NCBI GenBank assembly: GCA_002503285.1
Contig: DARI01000008.1
Span: 1,581-65,580, forward strand
Length of the DNA stretch: 64,000 nucleotides
Source of the DNA: Euryarchaeota archaeon UBA557
GTDB lineage: Archaea > Thermoplasmatota > Poseidoniia > Poseidoniales > Thalassarchaeaceae
Direction of reading: 5' to 3'
Position numbers and translations under genes: made by a program
Part shown: piece after piece, positions 48,427-58,113 of the stretch
How the letters are laid out: every line of letters begins with the position of its first letter
Position numbering within the stretch: the stretch's first letter is position 1
Notes under the pieces: model-generated
Seen by the model: the letters and a program-made list of their open reading frames with translations, nothing else
What the model was told of the DNA's origin: nothing
The model's database searches: none

Positions 48427-48987
48427 TTATTCTTCTTCTAATGTCAATATATTTTTCCCTCTTTTGGTTGGCACTACTTTAATTTCCCCTCCAGAAAATT
48501 TATTATTTAATGAGTCGATATCAACATAATTATTAAGAAAAATTGCTAATGCTGCTACTTCGGAATGTGGTTGATTTCCTATTGAAACATTATAATCTGC
48601 TAATCCATAAACTTCTCCTGGAACTTTGGTACCTCCAACAACTATCAATATTGACTCATCAAAAGGAAGTTTTTTCAATATTTCTTCCATCTTTTCTCCG
48701 TACATTGTCAAATGAACTATTAATGTATTTTTATCTTTTGCAGTTTTACGAAGTAAGCGTAGTGGCTTAGATTCGTAACGGCAAATAAATTCCCCTCCAA
48801 AGCGGTTTGAGACTGAGTTCCAAGTTAGAAGAGGAGAGGGGTCTTCATCTCCTGATAGTATTATTTCATCCGCACCAAATGCTCTAGCCGTAAGCCCTAG
48901 ATGAGAAGTTATTCGCTTATCTCTCTCTCGTCTGTGCCCCAGTCTAAGTACTGATATTGAAGTATTCATATTTTCCGATCTTCCCAT
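48427..48987 (-). CDS. trm56: tRNA (cytidine56-2'-O)-methyltransferase
   Basis: Motifs LRLGHR..RDKRIT.H..LTARAFGA, VHLTMYG, KVP.EVY..ADYN.SIGNQPHSEVAALAIFL. Confidence 0.95.
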   Translation of the reverse strand: MGRSENMNTSISVLRLGHRRERDKRITSHLGLTARAFGADEIILSGDEDPSPLLTWNSVSNRFGGEFICRYESKPLRLLRKTAKDKNTLIVHLTMYGEKMEEILKKLPFDESILIVVGGTKVPGEVYGLADYNVSIGNQPHSEVAALAIFLNNYVDIDSLNNKFSGGEIKVVPTKRGKNILTLEEE

Positions 48988-49634
48988 TAGTATGAATTTT
49001 CTTCTTCATTAGGGCCCGTATTATCCTCATAATTATTTTTAGACAAAACATCGATACCCATGTTTACCATACTTGAACTGACCCATTGAAGTAATAGTGC
49101 ATCAAAGAAAAACTTAGAGGAAAGGAAAATCATAGTTGCAAGGCCAAAGAGACGTCCAGAAGCAAAAATTGCAGATTCGGCACCCAATACTTCAAAATTT
49201 AATATCAGAGGTTCAAGGATATAAAAAATTCCAAGTACAATCAATAATCCACCCAAATTAGAAATTGTTGCATTCCCCTTTTCCCTTCCCAATATCATGA
49301 CTAAAGTAGCCATGAATATTATTATTGCAACTACAATGCTTAAAGTTTCAAATTCAAATTGACCAATCATGGAAACAGGGATATTAGAATCATTAACTTG
49401 ATCGCCACCTTTTTTTATAGAAATCCACCAGAATAATAGACTAGTCATCAAAAGTGCCCCGGAAGCCAGTCCTCTTTGGTTAATCATTTCCTTTACATGA
49501 TGAGAATCTTTTGGCTTTAACCTCTGAATTATTGAATCCATAATAAATAATGTCTCGTTATCAGGAGAATTACTACGGTCACCTCCAATTTGATTCTGCA
49601 AGACTTCATCGTCGATGTCCTCTCCGAATGCCAT
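48987..49634 (-). CDS. Hypothetical membrane protein (about 4 TM)
   Basis: Four hydrophobic helices, acidic termini; its stop overlaps the trm56 start. Confidence 0.6.
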   Translation of the reverse strand: MAFGEDIDDEVLQNQIGGDRSNSPDNETLFIMDSIIQRLKPKDSHHVKEMINQRGLASGALLMTSLLFWWISIKKGGDQVNDSNIPVSMIGQFEFETLSIVVAIIIFMATLVMILGREKGNATISNLGGLLIVLGIFYILEPLILNFEVLGAESAIFASGRLFGLATMIFLSSKFFFDALLLQWVSSSMVNMGIDVLSKNNYEDNTGPNEEENSY

Positions 49635-49688
49635 ATACGTCTTGTCTCTCCGTCACATCATAAAGGATACGCAGAATGGGGGTACAAT

Positions 49689-50522
49689 ATGGCTGAGTGG
49701 CGACCTATTACGAAAAGCCGAAAAAATGGATTTCCAAGAATAATGGGCATCATAAATGTGACTCCTGATTCGTTTTTTAAAAATTCTCGACTTAATAATA
49801 TTGATTTAATTGTAGAAAGGGCAATACACATGGTCGATAATGGTGCAGATTGGATAGATATAGGTGGAGAATCTACTAGGCCAGGGGCAGGATTTGTATC
49901 TCCTGAAAAAGAATTACTTAGAATTTCTAAAGCAATTGAATATGTTCGGGATGCATTACCTGATATTGGGATTTCAATAGATACTCGGAAGTCAGTAGTT
50001 GCAAAAGAGGCGATTATAAATGGTGCCGACATGATAAATGATGTTTCTGGATTATCAGATTCAGAAATGAAGAGTATCGTCTTGGAGAATAAGTGCCCCA
50101 TCTGTATTATGCATATGAAGGGTTTACCAAGAGATATGCAAAATAATCCAAGTTATAAAAATGTAATTAAAGATGTAAATTATTTCCTTGAAAGTAAAAA
50201 TAGAGAGTTAACGGAATTTGGAATCGATTCAAAATACATAATTAATGATCCAGGAATAGGTTTTGGTAAATTACTTGAGCATAATCTTCAACTTCTATCA
50301 GCAGGAAGAGAAATATTACCAAATAATGATATTTCATTAATGTGGGGAGTCAGTAGAAAGAAATTATTTGCAGATCTTTTAGGAAGAGATGAAAATATAG
50401 ACAGACTCGCAGGCACATTAGGAGTTGCAGCAATGGCACCATCAAAAGAAGTAGATATAATCAGAGTTCACGATGTTGCAGAGCATAATGACCTATATCT
50501 CGCAATGGGAGCAATTAAGTGA
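49689..50522 (+). CDS. folP: Dihydropteroate synthase
   Basis: Motifs IMGIINVTPDSF, IDIGGESTRPG, SIDT, INDVSG, DPGIGFGK, SRK, RVHDV. Confidence 0.96.
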   Translation: MAEWRPITKSRKNGFPRIMGIINVTPDSFFKNSRLNNIDLIVERAIHMVDNGADWIDIGGESTRPGAGFVSPEKELLRISKAIEYVRDALPDIGISIDTRKSVVAKEAIINGADMINDVSGLSDSEMKSIVLENKCPICIMHMKGLPRDMQNNPSYKNVIKDVNYFLESKNRELTEFGIDSKYIINDPGIGFGKLLEHNLQLLSAGREILPNNDISLMWGVSRKKLFADLLGRDENIDRLAGTLGVAAMAPSKEVDIIRVHDVAEHNDLYLAMGAIK

Positions 50523-50526
50523 TATT

Positions 50527-51699
50527 ATGGCCGAAAATTTACCTAGTGATGTTCATGAAATTGATCATAATCTAAGAATAATTGGAACTGCACACATTAG
50601 TAAGAAGTCGATTGCGACTGTAGAATTACAAATTAAAGAGTGGGTTCCCGACATAGTTGCTGTAGAATTGTGCAAATCAAGATTGAAATCACTTAAAGAG
50701 CCTGATTCATTAGAATCGGAGACTTTGCTTAAAATCATTAATGATGGTAAGGCCCCAATGGTATTGTTGCAATCTGCTTTGTCGGCAGAGCAGAGAAGAA
50801 TGGGGTTAACTACTGGTGAAAAGCCAGGAGCAGAATTATTGGCAGCCGTTAAGGCATCAGAAGATAACGATATTCCAATTGAGTTGATTGATAGAGATGT
50901 AATAATAACTTTAAGAAGAGCATGGGCAAAAATGAAATTTGTTGAAAAATGTAAAGTAATGTATGCAATGCTTTGGTCAGAAGATGATGATGATTTAGAA
51001 ATAGATGACCTACTGGAAGATTCCGACATGCTAAGCAATATGCTCGAAGAGGCACGCAATATAGCCCCAGGAGCTGGAATTGCTTTGATTGATGAGAGAG
51101 ACATATATTTATCGGAACGTATTCGGCAAATAAGGAGCAAAGGGAAAATTCTGGCTGTCGTTGGTGCAGGACATGTTGAAGGAATTAAAAAGAATTTGAC
51201 AAACTCCGATAATAATTCAAGTTCAATTTTAAATGAATTAAATGAAATTCCGAATAAATCGAAATTACCTAAATTAATTATGATGATTGTTCCTTTAATT
51301 ATTTTTTCTGCAATAGGTTGGTTGGCCTATAAAGGAGAATTTACCGCAGTATTAGAAGTTGCTAAAACTTGGATTCTATTGAATATGATCTTTGCAGGTT
51401 TAGGAATAATCTTAGCAAGGGGGCACCCAATTTCAGTGATTGTGGGGGCAATTGCTTCACCAATAACTTCCTTAAATCCGACAATAGCTGCAGGATGGTT
51501 TGCAGGATATACGCAGTTCAAGATGGCACCACCTACGGGTAGAGACGCTAAAGAGTTTTTAATAATGGATAAAGTTTCAGTATTTTGGAAAAATAACGTT
51601 GGAAAGGTGCTTTTGGTTACTGTTTTCGGCAATATTGGTTCCTCAATTGGTGCATGGCTTGGTGCTGCAGGGATAGTGAGCCTAGTTCTTGGAATATGA
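50527..51699 (+). CDS. TraB/PrgY (pheromone shutdown-related) family membrane protein
   Basis: Motifs IGTAHIS, VAVELC..R, PGAE, LIDRD..ITL.R, LIDERD, VVGAGH, P.TSL.P.I.AGW. Confidence 0.9.
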   Translation: MAENLPSDVHEIDHNLRIIGTAHISKKSIATVELQIKEWVPDIVAVELCKSRLKSLKEPDSLESETLLKIINDGKAPMVLLQSALSAEQRRMGLTTGEKPGAELLAAVKASEDNDIPIELIDRDVIITLRRAWAKMKFVEKCKVMYAMLWSEDDDDLEIDDLLEDSDMLSNMLEEARNIAPGAGIALIDERDIYLSERIRQIRSKGKILAVVGAGHVEGIKKNLTNSDNNSSSILNELNEIPNKSKLPKLIMMIVPLIIFSAIGWLAYKGEFTAVLEVAKTWILLNMIFAGLGIILARGHPISVIVGAIASPITSLNPTIAAGWFAGYTQFKMAPPTGRDAKEFLIMDKVSVFWKNNVGKVLLVTVFGNIGSSIGAWLGAAGIVSLVLGI

Positions 51700-52697
51700 T
51701 GGGATTTATTATGCAAGAAGTTAAGGGGATAAATGTGGCATTCACCATAGCGTTAATTGCTTATCTAGTTAATTCTCTCTTATTCCCTCATATTCTGACT
51801 AAATTTAGTATAGGTACCAGTACTATTGCTTTAATTTTTGGATCAATTTCCGCATTTTTTATTTCTGACATTGCAAATGGAGGTAAATGGATGATTAGCA
51901 AGATAATGCCGGTAACAATAATATTCTTAGGATTTGGACTAAATCTAACATCATTCTTTGATCCAAAAATAGGATTAATTGGGTTATTTGCGATTATTTC
52001 TACTGCAATTAGTAGTTTTGGAATATGCTATATAATTGGAAAATATATGAATATAGATTTGGCCACATGCATAGCACTAGGAACCGGAGGTGCAATTTGT
52101 GGAAATAGTGCCGTAATTGCGGTCTCACCAGGACTTAAATTAAAGGAAGATAATGTAGGAGTGATATTGGCAATTATCAATATATTGGGATTAATAACAT
52201 TCTTGATAATACCAGTATTATCCTCTTTCCTTGGATTAACAGAACAACAAGCAGGAATTTGGGCAGGATCTACTATTCATGCAGTCCCGCAAGCAATTGC
52301 TGCGGGTGAGGCAATTGGAGGTGAGGCCATTACAATTACAACTGCCATTAAGCTTTCTAGGGTTAGCTTATTGATCATATTAGTACCAATTTGCTTTATA
52401 ATTGGAAATAAAATAAGTGAGGGTGAACAAAGTCCTGCGAAAATTGGAAGTATACCCTACTTCATACCTGGATTCATCATTTCCTCACTTTTATCAACCT
52501 TTTTTCTTCCATTTGGAATTTCTGAATTTCTATCCACTATTGGAAAATATTTGTTACTACCCCTTCTCGCATCAGTTGGTTTCTTCATTACAAGGGAAAG
52601 TATGAGAAAGGCAGGTGGACCACTCTTGTTCATAGGGATTATTGCTACATCAATAATGTTGTTTTCAAGTTATATCGTAATAATATTGTTATCATAA
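51696..52697 (+). CDS. YeiH / putative sulfate exporter family transporter
   Basis: Motifs LG.G.AICGNSA..A, G.WAG.TIH.VPQ..A.G, KL.RV. Confidence 0.85.
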   Translation: MMGFIMQEVKGINVAFTIALIAYLVNSLLFPHILTKFSIGTSTIALIFGSISAFFISDIANGGKWMISKIMPVTIIFLGFGLNLTSFFDPKIGLIGLFAIISTAISSFGICYIIGKYMNIDLATCIALGTGGAICGNSAVIAVSPGLKLKEDNVGVILAIINILGLITFLIIPVLSSFLGLTEQQAGIWAGSTIHAVPQAIAAGEAIGGEAITITTAIKLSRVSLLIILVPICFIIGNKISEGEQSPAKIGSIPYFIPGFIISSLLSTFFLPFGISEFLSTIGKYLLLPLLASVGFFITRESMRKAGGPLLFIGIIATSIMLFSSYIVIILLS

Positions 52698-52715
52698 TAA
52701 AAAGTAGGTTTTTAC

Positions 52716-53534
52716 ATGGAAATTGTATCAATTATAGCAGTTATCTTAATTCTCTTGACTGCATTTATGTTTTCTCCCTTAGGATTAGGAGGGGGAATTT
52801 TCTATTTACCAATATTCTTATATTTATTAGAATGGGAAATCCATTTAGCTATATTGGGATCAATATCATTGGTCTTAACAGTATCAATAGGTAGTAGGAT
52901 GGCACATGCAAAAGGAGGATATGCAGACAAAGATGTTGCAAAAATTGGAATACCTTTTGCATTAATAGGAGTAATCTGTGGTACGGTCATTAGCTCTAAA
53001 TTGATAAATTATTTTGGAGATTTAGTAATTAAATTGGCAGCTTCACTTTTATTAATATGGGTGATCATTAGTACTTTAAATAATATATTTAAAGATGAAA
53101 ATGTTGAAAATGATATTTTGAATTCAGAATCAATAAAAATAAATTCCTCAAAGAAATATAAATTATTATGTTTTTTTGGAGGGACTACGTCTGGTGCTTT
53201 AGGCATAGGAGGAGGTATGCTGTTTGTTACTTTTCATAGAGCATTATTCAATTGGAAACCACACAGAGCTGCAGGAACTTCATACATAATAGAAACATGG
53301 ATTGTTCCTGTTGGGATAATATCTCATTTAATAATAGATCAGAGTGGCTCAGAGTTATTAGATGAAACAGGTTTATGGATATTATTCATCGGATTCATTG
53401 TATTTCTATCTTCGTGGCTTGGAGCCAAGACAGCAATAAAAATCATTCCACAGGATTTCTTAATTTATCCATTCTTAGTTGCAATTATACTAAGTCTAAT
53501 AAGGTACAGTATAGATATATTTAGTTATTATTAG
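52716..53534 (+). CDS. TauE/SafE sulfite exporter family protein
   Basis: Two G.GGG repeats (LGLGGGIF..P and LGIGGG) and AAGTS; multi-TM. Confidence 0.85.
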   Translation: MEIVSIIAVILILLTAFMFSPLGLGGGIFYLPIFLYLLEWEIHLAILGSISLVLTVSIGSRMAHAKGGYADKDVAKIGIPFALIGVICGTVISSKLINYFGDLVIKLAASLLLIWVIISTLNNIFKDENVENDILNSESIKINSSKKYKLLCFFGGTTSGALGIGGGMLFVTFHRALFNWKPHRAAGTSYIIETWIVPVGIISHLIIDQSGSELLDETGLWILFIGFIVFLSSWLGAKTAIKIIPQDFLIYPFLVAIILSLIRYSIDIFSYY

Positions 53535-54768
53535 ATATGGATTCTATTAAAACTGCGATTCCCTGACCGCCTCCTATGCATGCAGTTGCTACTCCATATC
53601 TTCCTTCGCATCTCTTTAATTCATGAGCAAGTGTCAGAATTAAGCGAGTTCCTGTTGCTGCAAGTGGGTGGCCAAGTCCTACAGCTCCGCCATTTACGTT
53701 AACTTTTGAGATATCTAAATTTAATTCTTTAACACACGCGACAAGTTGCCCAGAGAAGGCTTCATTAATCTCCCATCTATCTATATCATCTACTTTTAAG
53801 CCTGCTTTCTTTAATGCCAATCTACTACTGGGGACGGGCCCATAAGCCATAATAGCGGGCTCAAGGCCAACTATCCCCCAAGAAATTATTTTAGCAAGAG
53901 GAGAATCGCCATCTTTTGCAGCCCTACTTGCAGATTTTAGAACTACAGCAGCTGCACCATCAACAACGCCGGATGCATTTCCAGCAGTAACTAAAGAGTT
54001 AGGTCCAAAATGTGCTCTGAGTTTTGAGAGAGATTCTAGTGAAGTCCCTCTTACAAAATGATCTTCGTCAGAGGATGTTACTAATCCATTTGGAGTATCT
54101 ACATTAATGATTTCTTCTTTAAAAATATCTTTATCAATACTTAATTCTGTACGTTGGTGACTAAGAACTGCGAATGAGTCTGCTTCTTGTCGTGTAATAT
54201 TCATCCGTGAGCATAACTCATCACTAGTTTGGGCCATAAAATAGCCTGGAATATTGTCCTTTAAATTCGTGAAGAGGTAATCTTCCATATCCTTTGGTAG
54301 TTCGGTACCTTCTTTTGGAGGACGGCCTAATTTGTAGGTGTCCCTCATTCCCCTAAGGACATGTGGGGCTTGACTAAGATTTTCCATGCCCCCTGAAATA
54401 ACTACTTCTGCTTCTCCTAGCATAATCAATTGGGCACCATAAATAATTGATTGGGCGCCACTTCCACATAGGCGATTTAGTGTCAACATTGGAACTTCTT
54501 GAGGTATTCCTGCTTTGAGACCAGAATGCCTAGCACCAAAAATGGCTTGATCTGAAGTTTGAAGTGCGTGACCCATGACAACATGATTTACTGATTGTGG
54601 ATCCGTTTTTGTAATATCTAAAGCACCTTTTATTGCTATGGAGCCTAGGTCCTCTGCGGAAATTTCTGACAGTCTTCCTCCGGTGATTCCATCTCCTCTC
54701 TTGCCACCTAACCACTCACAAAATGGAGTTCTGGCCCCTCCAACAATAATTACATCTTCCATATCCAT
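53521..54768 (-). CDS. Thiolase (acetyl-CoA C-acyltransferase)
   Basis: Motifs NRLCGSG, TAGNASG..DGAAA, EINEAF, NVNGGA..LGHP, ACIGGGQG; start 54768 after SD GGGGTG. Confidence 0.95.
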   Translation of the reverse strand: MDMEDVIIVGGARTPFCEWLGGKRGDGITGGRLSEISAEDLGSIAIKGALDITKTDPQSVNHVVMGHALQTSDQAIFGARHSGLKAGIPQEVPMLTLNRLCGSGAQSIIYGAQLIMLGEAEVVISGGMENLSQAPHVLRGMRDTYKLGRPPKEGTELPKDMEDYLFTNLKDNIPGYFMAQTSDELCSRMNITRQEADSFAVLSHQRTELSIDKDIFKEEIINVDTPNGLVTSSDEDHFVRGTSLESLSKLRAHFGPNSLVTAGNASGVVDGAAAVVLKSASRAAKDGDSPLAKIISWGIVGLEPAIMAYGPVPSSRLALKKAGLKVDDIDRWEINEAFSGQLVACVKELNLDISKVNVNGGAVGLGHPLAATGTRLILTLAHELKRCEGRYGVATACIGGGQGIAVLIESISNNN

Positions 54769-54814
54769 GACACCCCATAGAGGTGGCATTCATGAGCCTA
54801 ACTATCTAAGGATA

Positions 54815-56257
54815 TCAAGAATCATCAGAAGGTTGATTCAGTGATCCTAAATAATCCGGTAAATCTACGCCTGCCATCTTTGCAACATCGTGTATCGGAG
54901 GTAAACTCTGTACTAAACTACTGACAAAGTTACTCGTTGCAGATGTACCATCACCCGATGCATTTCCTCCATCCCAGACAGTTATTTTATCAATTTTCAA
55001 GTTGCGTATTGCTTCCACTTGGGCTGAAACCATAGATTCAATTTTCTCAACCATGAGTAGGGTTGCGGCGGCCTTGGGATCACCAGATGCACTGGAAACA
55101 AGCTTAGCATAACCTGAAGCTTTGGCCTCCAATACTTGTTGAACACCTTCGGCTTCAGCTTTATACTTAGCCAAAAGTCCGTCTGCTTCACCTTGTGCTA
55201 CGAGACGGATACGTTGTGCTTCGGCATTTGCTGCAATTTCAATTTGTTGCTTTTGGATTTCCTCACGTACGATTTCTTGGGCCTTTAGTGTTTCTTCTGC
55301 CTCATCATATTTAGCACGTTGAATGGATGCTTCAGCGTTGGCCTTAGCAACTTCTGCATCTTGCTTAGCCGACGCTTGTGCTATTTCCAATTGGGCATTT
55401 GATCTGGCAATTGATTCCTTTGCAGTATTTTCTCCAGTGATAGCAAATGCTTCTTGCTCTTCTACGAAAGTACGTCTATCTGCCTCTGCTTGCTTTTGCC
55501 CCTTTACTGCTTGTGCATTGTTATCTGCAACTTGGATTTCTTTTTCTCTTCTAGCAAGGGATGATCCAATGGCACCATCCCTTTCAGCATTTGAAACATC
55601 TACTAATGCATTATTAACAGCAGTTGCGGCAGCTTTCTTCCCTATGCTGTCTATATACATTGAGTCATCAGTAATATCAACCAGATTTACATTTATGAGA
55701 TATAAACCTATTTTTAGGAGTTCAGTATCTACATTTTTCTGAATTTCAAAAAGGAAAGCTTCCCTATCTTGATTTATTTGTTCGATAGTAAGTGATGCAA
55801 CTGTTAAACGTAATTGGCCCAAAATTATGTCTGCGGCCATAGATTCAATATCTGCAATATTGAGTCCCAATAGGCGGTTGGCAGCATTGGACATAACAGG
55901 CGGTTCGGTACTTATGGCAACAGTAAAAGTACTTGGAATACTTATCCTGATATTTTGTTTAGATAATGCATTTTCAAGTGGTATGGAAATTGTAATTGGA
56001 GTCAATGGAAGAAAGGCATAATCTTGAATCAGTGGCCATACTAAAGTAGCACCACCGTGAATTGTTTTTGAAGCCCTACCTTTTTCAGTTCTACCATATA
56101 CTACCATAATTTTATCCGGAGGGCACCTCTTGTATCTTTGAGCAAAGAACATTATTGTCCCAGCAAAAACTAACATTATTGCAAATAACATTATCGTTAT
56201 TATTGCACCTGGGTTACTATCGCTAGCATTTTCCTGCATTGTCTCATATACCGTCAT
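54815..56257 (-). CDS. Flotillin / SPFH-domain protein
   Basis: N-terminal TM, RYKRCPPDKIMVVYG, SPFH domain, long A/E/Q coiled coil, KIDKITVWD. Confidence 0.92.
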   Translation of the reverse strand: MTVYETMQENASDSNPGAIITIMLFAIMLVFAGTIMFFAQRYKRCPPDKIMVVYGRTEKGRASKTIHGGATLVWPLIQDYAFLPLTPITISIPLENALSKQNIRISIPSTFTVAISTEPPVMSNAANRLLGLNIADIESMAADIILGQLRLTVASLTIEQINQDREAFLFEIQKNVDTELLKIGLYLINVNLVDITDDSMYIDSIGKKAAATAVNNALVDVSNAERDGAIGSSLARREKEIQVADNNAQAVKGQKQAEADRRTFVEEQEAFAITGENTAKESIARSNAQLEIAQASAKQDAEVAKANAEASIQRAKYDEAEETLKAQEIVREEIQKQQIEIAANAEAQRIRLVAQGEADGLLAKYKAEAEGVQQVLEAKASGYAKLVSSASGDPKAAATLLMVEKIESMVSAQVEAIRNLKIDKITVWDGGNASGDGTSATSNFVSSLVQSLPPIHDVAKMAGVDLPDYLGSLNQPSDDS

Positions 56258-56347
56258 ATCAACTTCTCCGGCATGTATGACATAGCAGTCAGTGATGAAT
56301 GCTTCGCCGGCCTGACATCACAAATAATAATAATCTATAAAAAATTA

Positions 56348-56944
56348 CTATATTTTTTCAACTAATAATGTCCCAGCAACGACGTCTTTTACTTGAATTA
56401 AATCGCCAGTATCAATTGCAGTTTTATTTAAGCATCGGGCAGGGTATGTGCGCATTGTTCCATCAACATCTACTTGGACTTGTCCAACTTCACCTTCAGT
56501 AATTCCTAGATAAACAATGCCTCTGGCACCTATAGACTGAGAGATATAAACAGTACCGTCGGCTTGTAAGCCTATAAAAAATTCAAACAATTTTCCAGTC
56601 CCATACATCGAAATAAATCCACAAATCCCTCCGACAAACACTGCAATTGAGTTCCCCCCATCTGATTTAAGAACAACAAGCCCACCTAGGCCGAAAAACA
56701 TCATAAAAACCATTATTCCTTGGAAAGTCAATGCTTTAAATGAAGCATCTGCACCAATAGCATCGATATCAGTACCAAGTATGCCATCGAATACGTCGGC
56801 AGTTATGCCTCCAATCATCATTAGTGCAAACCAAAATAAGAATAGAGACCCACCAATCACTGCAGATCCAGCAAATATTACTTCTAAGCCAGTAGGTGCT
56901 GAAAGTCCAAATAACTTGAATATTAGTTCATCTAATAGTGCCAT
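56348..56944 (-). CDS. NfeD-like (YuaF type) flotillin partner
   Basis: Three TM helices, then an OB fold (IG..G.VYL.I.....GQVQV.V.G...V.DV....L.VE); directly upstream of flotillin. Confidence 0.85.
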   Translation of the reverse strand: MALLDELIFKLFGLSAPTGLEVIFAGSAVIGGSLFLFWFALMMIGGITADVFDGILGTDIDAIGADASFKALTFQGIMVFMMFFGLGGLVVLKSDGGNSIAVFVGGICGFISMYGTGKLFEFFIGLQADGTVYISQSIGARGIVYLGITEGEVGQVQVDVDGTMRTYPARCLNKTAIDTGDLIQVKDVVAGTLLVEKI

Positions 56945-57012
56945 TAACCATCGCTAGGAGTCATGACACTTGAGATATTCGGCGAAATTATCAAAATAAT
57001 ATAAAAAAAGCA

Positions 57013-57270
57013 TCATTTTAACAATTCTGCTATAAATCTATCCAAATTAAGAACTGGTCCTAACATAAGTCCAGTGAAACCAAACGAAAGTATAAGAGAA
57101 TTACTGGAATTAAAAAAATTTAGAAAAATTGTATATGACAATAATAAAAGTAATGAAAGTAAAATTGGAATTGTAATTCTTCTAAGGAATAATTGATATC
57201 CGCCTAATAAATCATATGCGGGATTATTTACTACTTTATCTACAATAGATTCTTTTGGACTGCCTTCCAA
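57013..57270 (-). CDS. Small hypothetical membrane protein
   Basis: 85 aa with two hydrophobic segments; TTG start; fills the gap in a co-oriented run. Confidence 0.45.
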   Translation of the reverse strand: MEGSPKESIVDKVVNNPAYDLLGGYQLFLRRITIPILLSLLLLLSYTIFLNFFNSSNSLILSFGFTGLMLGPVLNLDRFIAELLK

Positions 57271-57286
57271 GTAAGAAGCACAACCT

Positions 57287-57649
57287 TTAATTCGAAGCTA
57301 GCCAATATATTGCCGCAAATACTGTAAGTATTGCTGGAAAAATGATTCCCATTCCTTTTGCTACTACGGAGTCTCCATCAGTAATTACGAGGTTGCCTTC
57401 ATCTGATCTTACGACTTCACTTTTCTCATATTTAGTATAAGCATCGGAGAAGTCTTGACTGTGTTTAGCCATGAACAACAAGACATAAAGGCCTACCATA
57501 ACAGAACTTCCGCCTGAAACATTGAGAAAGATTTCCAATATCTGAAGTATTCCATCGCCATAATTTAAATTAGCAACTATTAATTGGGCAAAACCAAGTA
57601 TAAACCAAATCATAGAGTCTGTTCTAGCCATGTTGTAGGGTGAAGACAT
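57287..57649 (-). CDS. Small hypothetical membrane protein (3 TM)
   Basis: 120 aa, three hydrophobic helices. Confidence 0.6.
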   Translation of the reverse strand: MSSPYNMARTDSMIWFILGFAQLIVANLNYGDGILQILEIFLNVSGGSSVMVGLYVLLFMAKHSQDFSDAYTKYEKSEVVRSDEGNLVITDGDSVVAKGMGIIFPAILTVFAAIYWLASN

Positions 57650-57682
57650 GTGCCTAATGAATATGTGCCCGTCATGATTACA

Positions 57683-58102
57683 CTAAAGTAAATTCTTTGG
57701 TTTGATTTGCCATATAATCCATGTTCCCTTTCCAGTTGCAATTAATTTACCCTCTGAATCAGATATTTGTCCTTCACAGTGTGCTAGCGTCTTTCCTCTT
57801 CTTATTACAAAACCATTAGCAAATAATTCCTCTCCCTCATAACCTGGTTCAATATATGAAATATCAAGTTGTGCTGTTGCGCACCATTCATCTTTATTTA
57901 TTGTAGATACCAATGCACCACCAAGTGCGGTATCTAGCATAGTTGCATGGAGTCCTCCGTGGGCAACACCTCCTGTATTAAGGTGAATATCCAATATCTT
58001 TGCATAAACAGAACATTTTCCCTCTTGAAAATTAATTAATTTAATCCCCATTGATTCCGCTAGAACAGAAATTTTTGGAATACTTTTATCATTAACACTC
58101 AA
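57683..58102 (-). CDS. PaaI-family hotdog thioesterase
   Basis: Motifs HLN..GVAHGG..ATMLD, T..L.ISY..P, RRGK, LIA.G.GT. Confidence 0.9.
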   Translation of the reverse strand: MSVNDKSIPKISVLAESMGIKLINFQEGKCSVYAKILDIHLNTGGVAHGGLHATMLDTALGGALVSTINKDEWCATAQLDISYIEPGYEGEELFANGFVIRRGKTLAHCEGQISDSEGKLIATGKGTWIIWQIKPKNLL

Positions 58103-58113
58103 ACTAATTTCCC

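Noticed and set aside
50565-51716. 191-aa and 129-aa minus-strand ORFs over the traB gene
   Set aside because: Antisense shadows of a well-supported TraB-family CDS.
56268-56310. CCGGC...TGAC-N6-GTCA...GCCGG potential structure upstream of flotillin
   Set aside because: Short, interrupted stems that span the probable promoter; could easily arise by chance.
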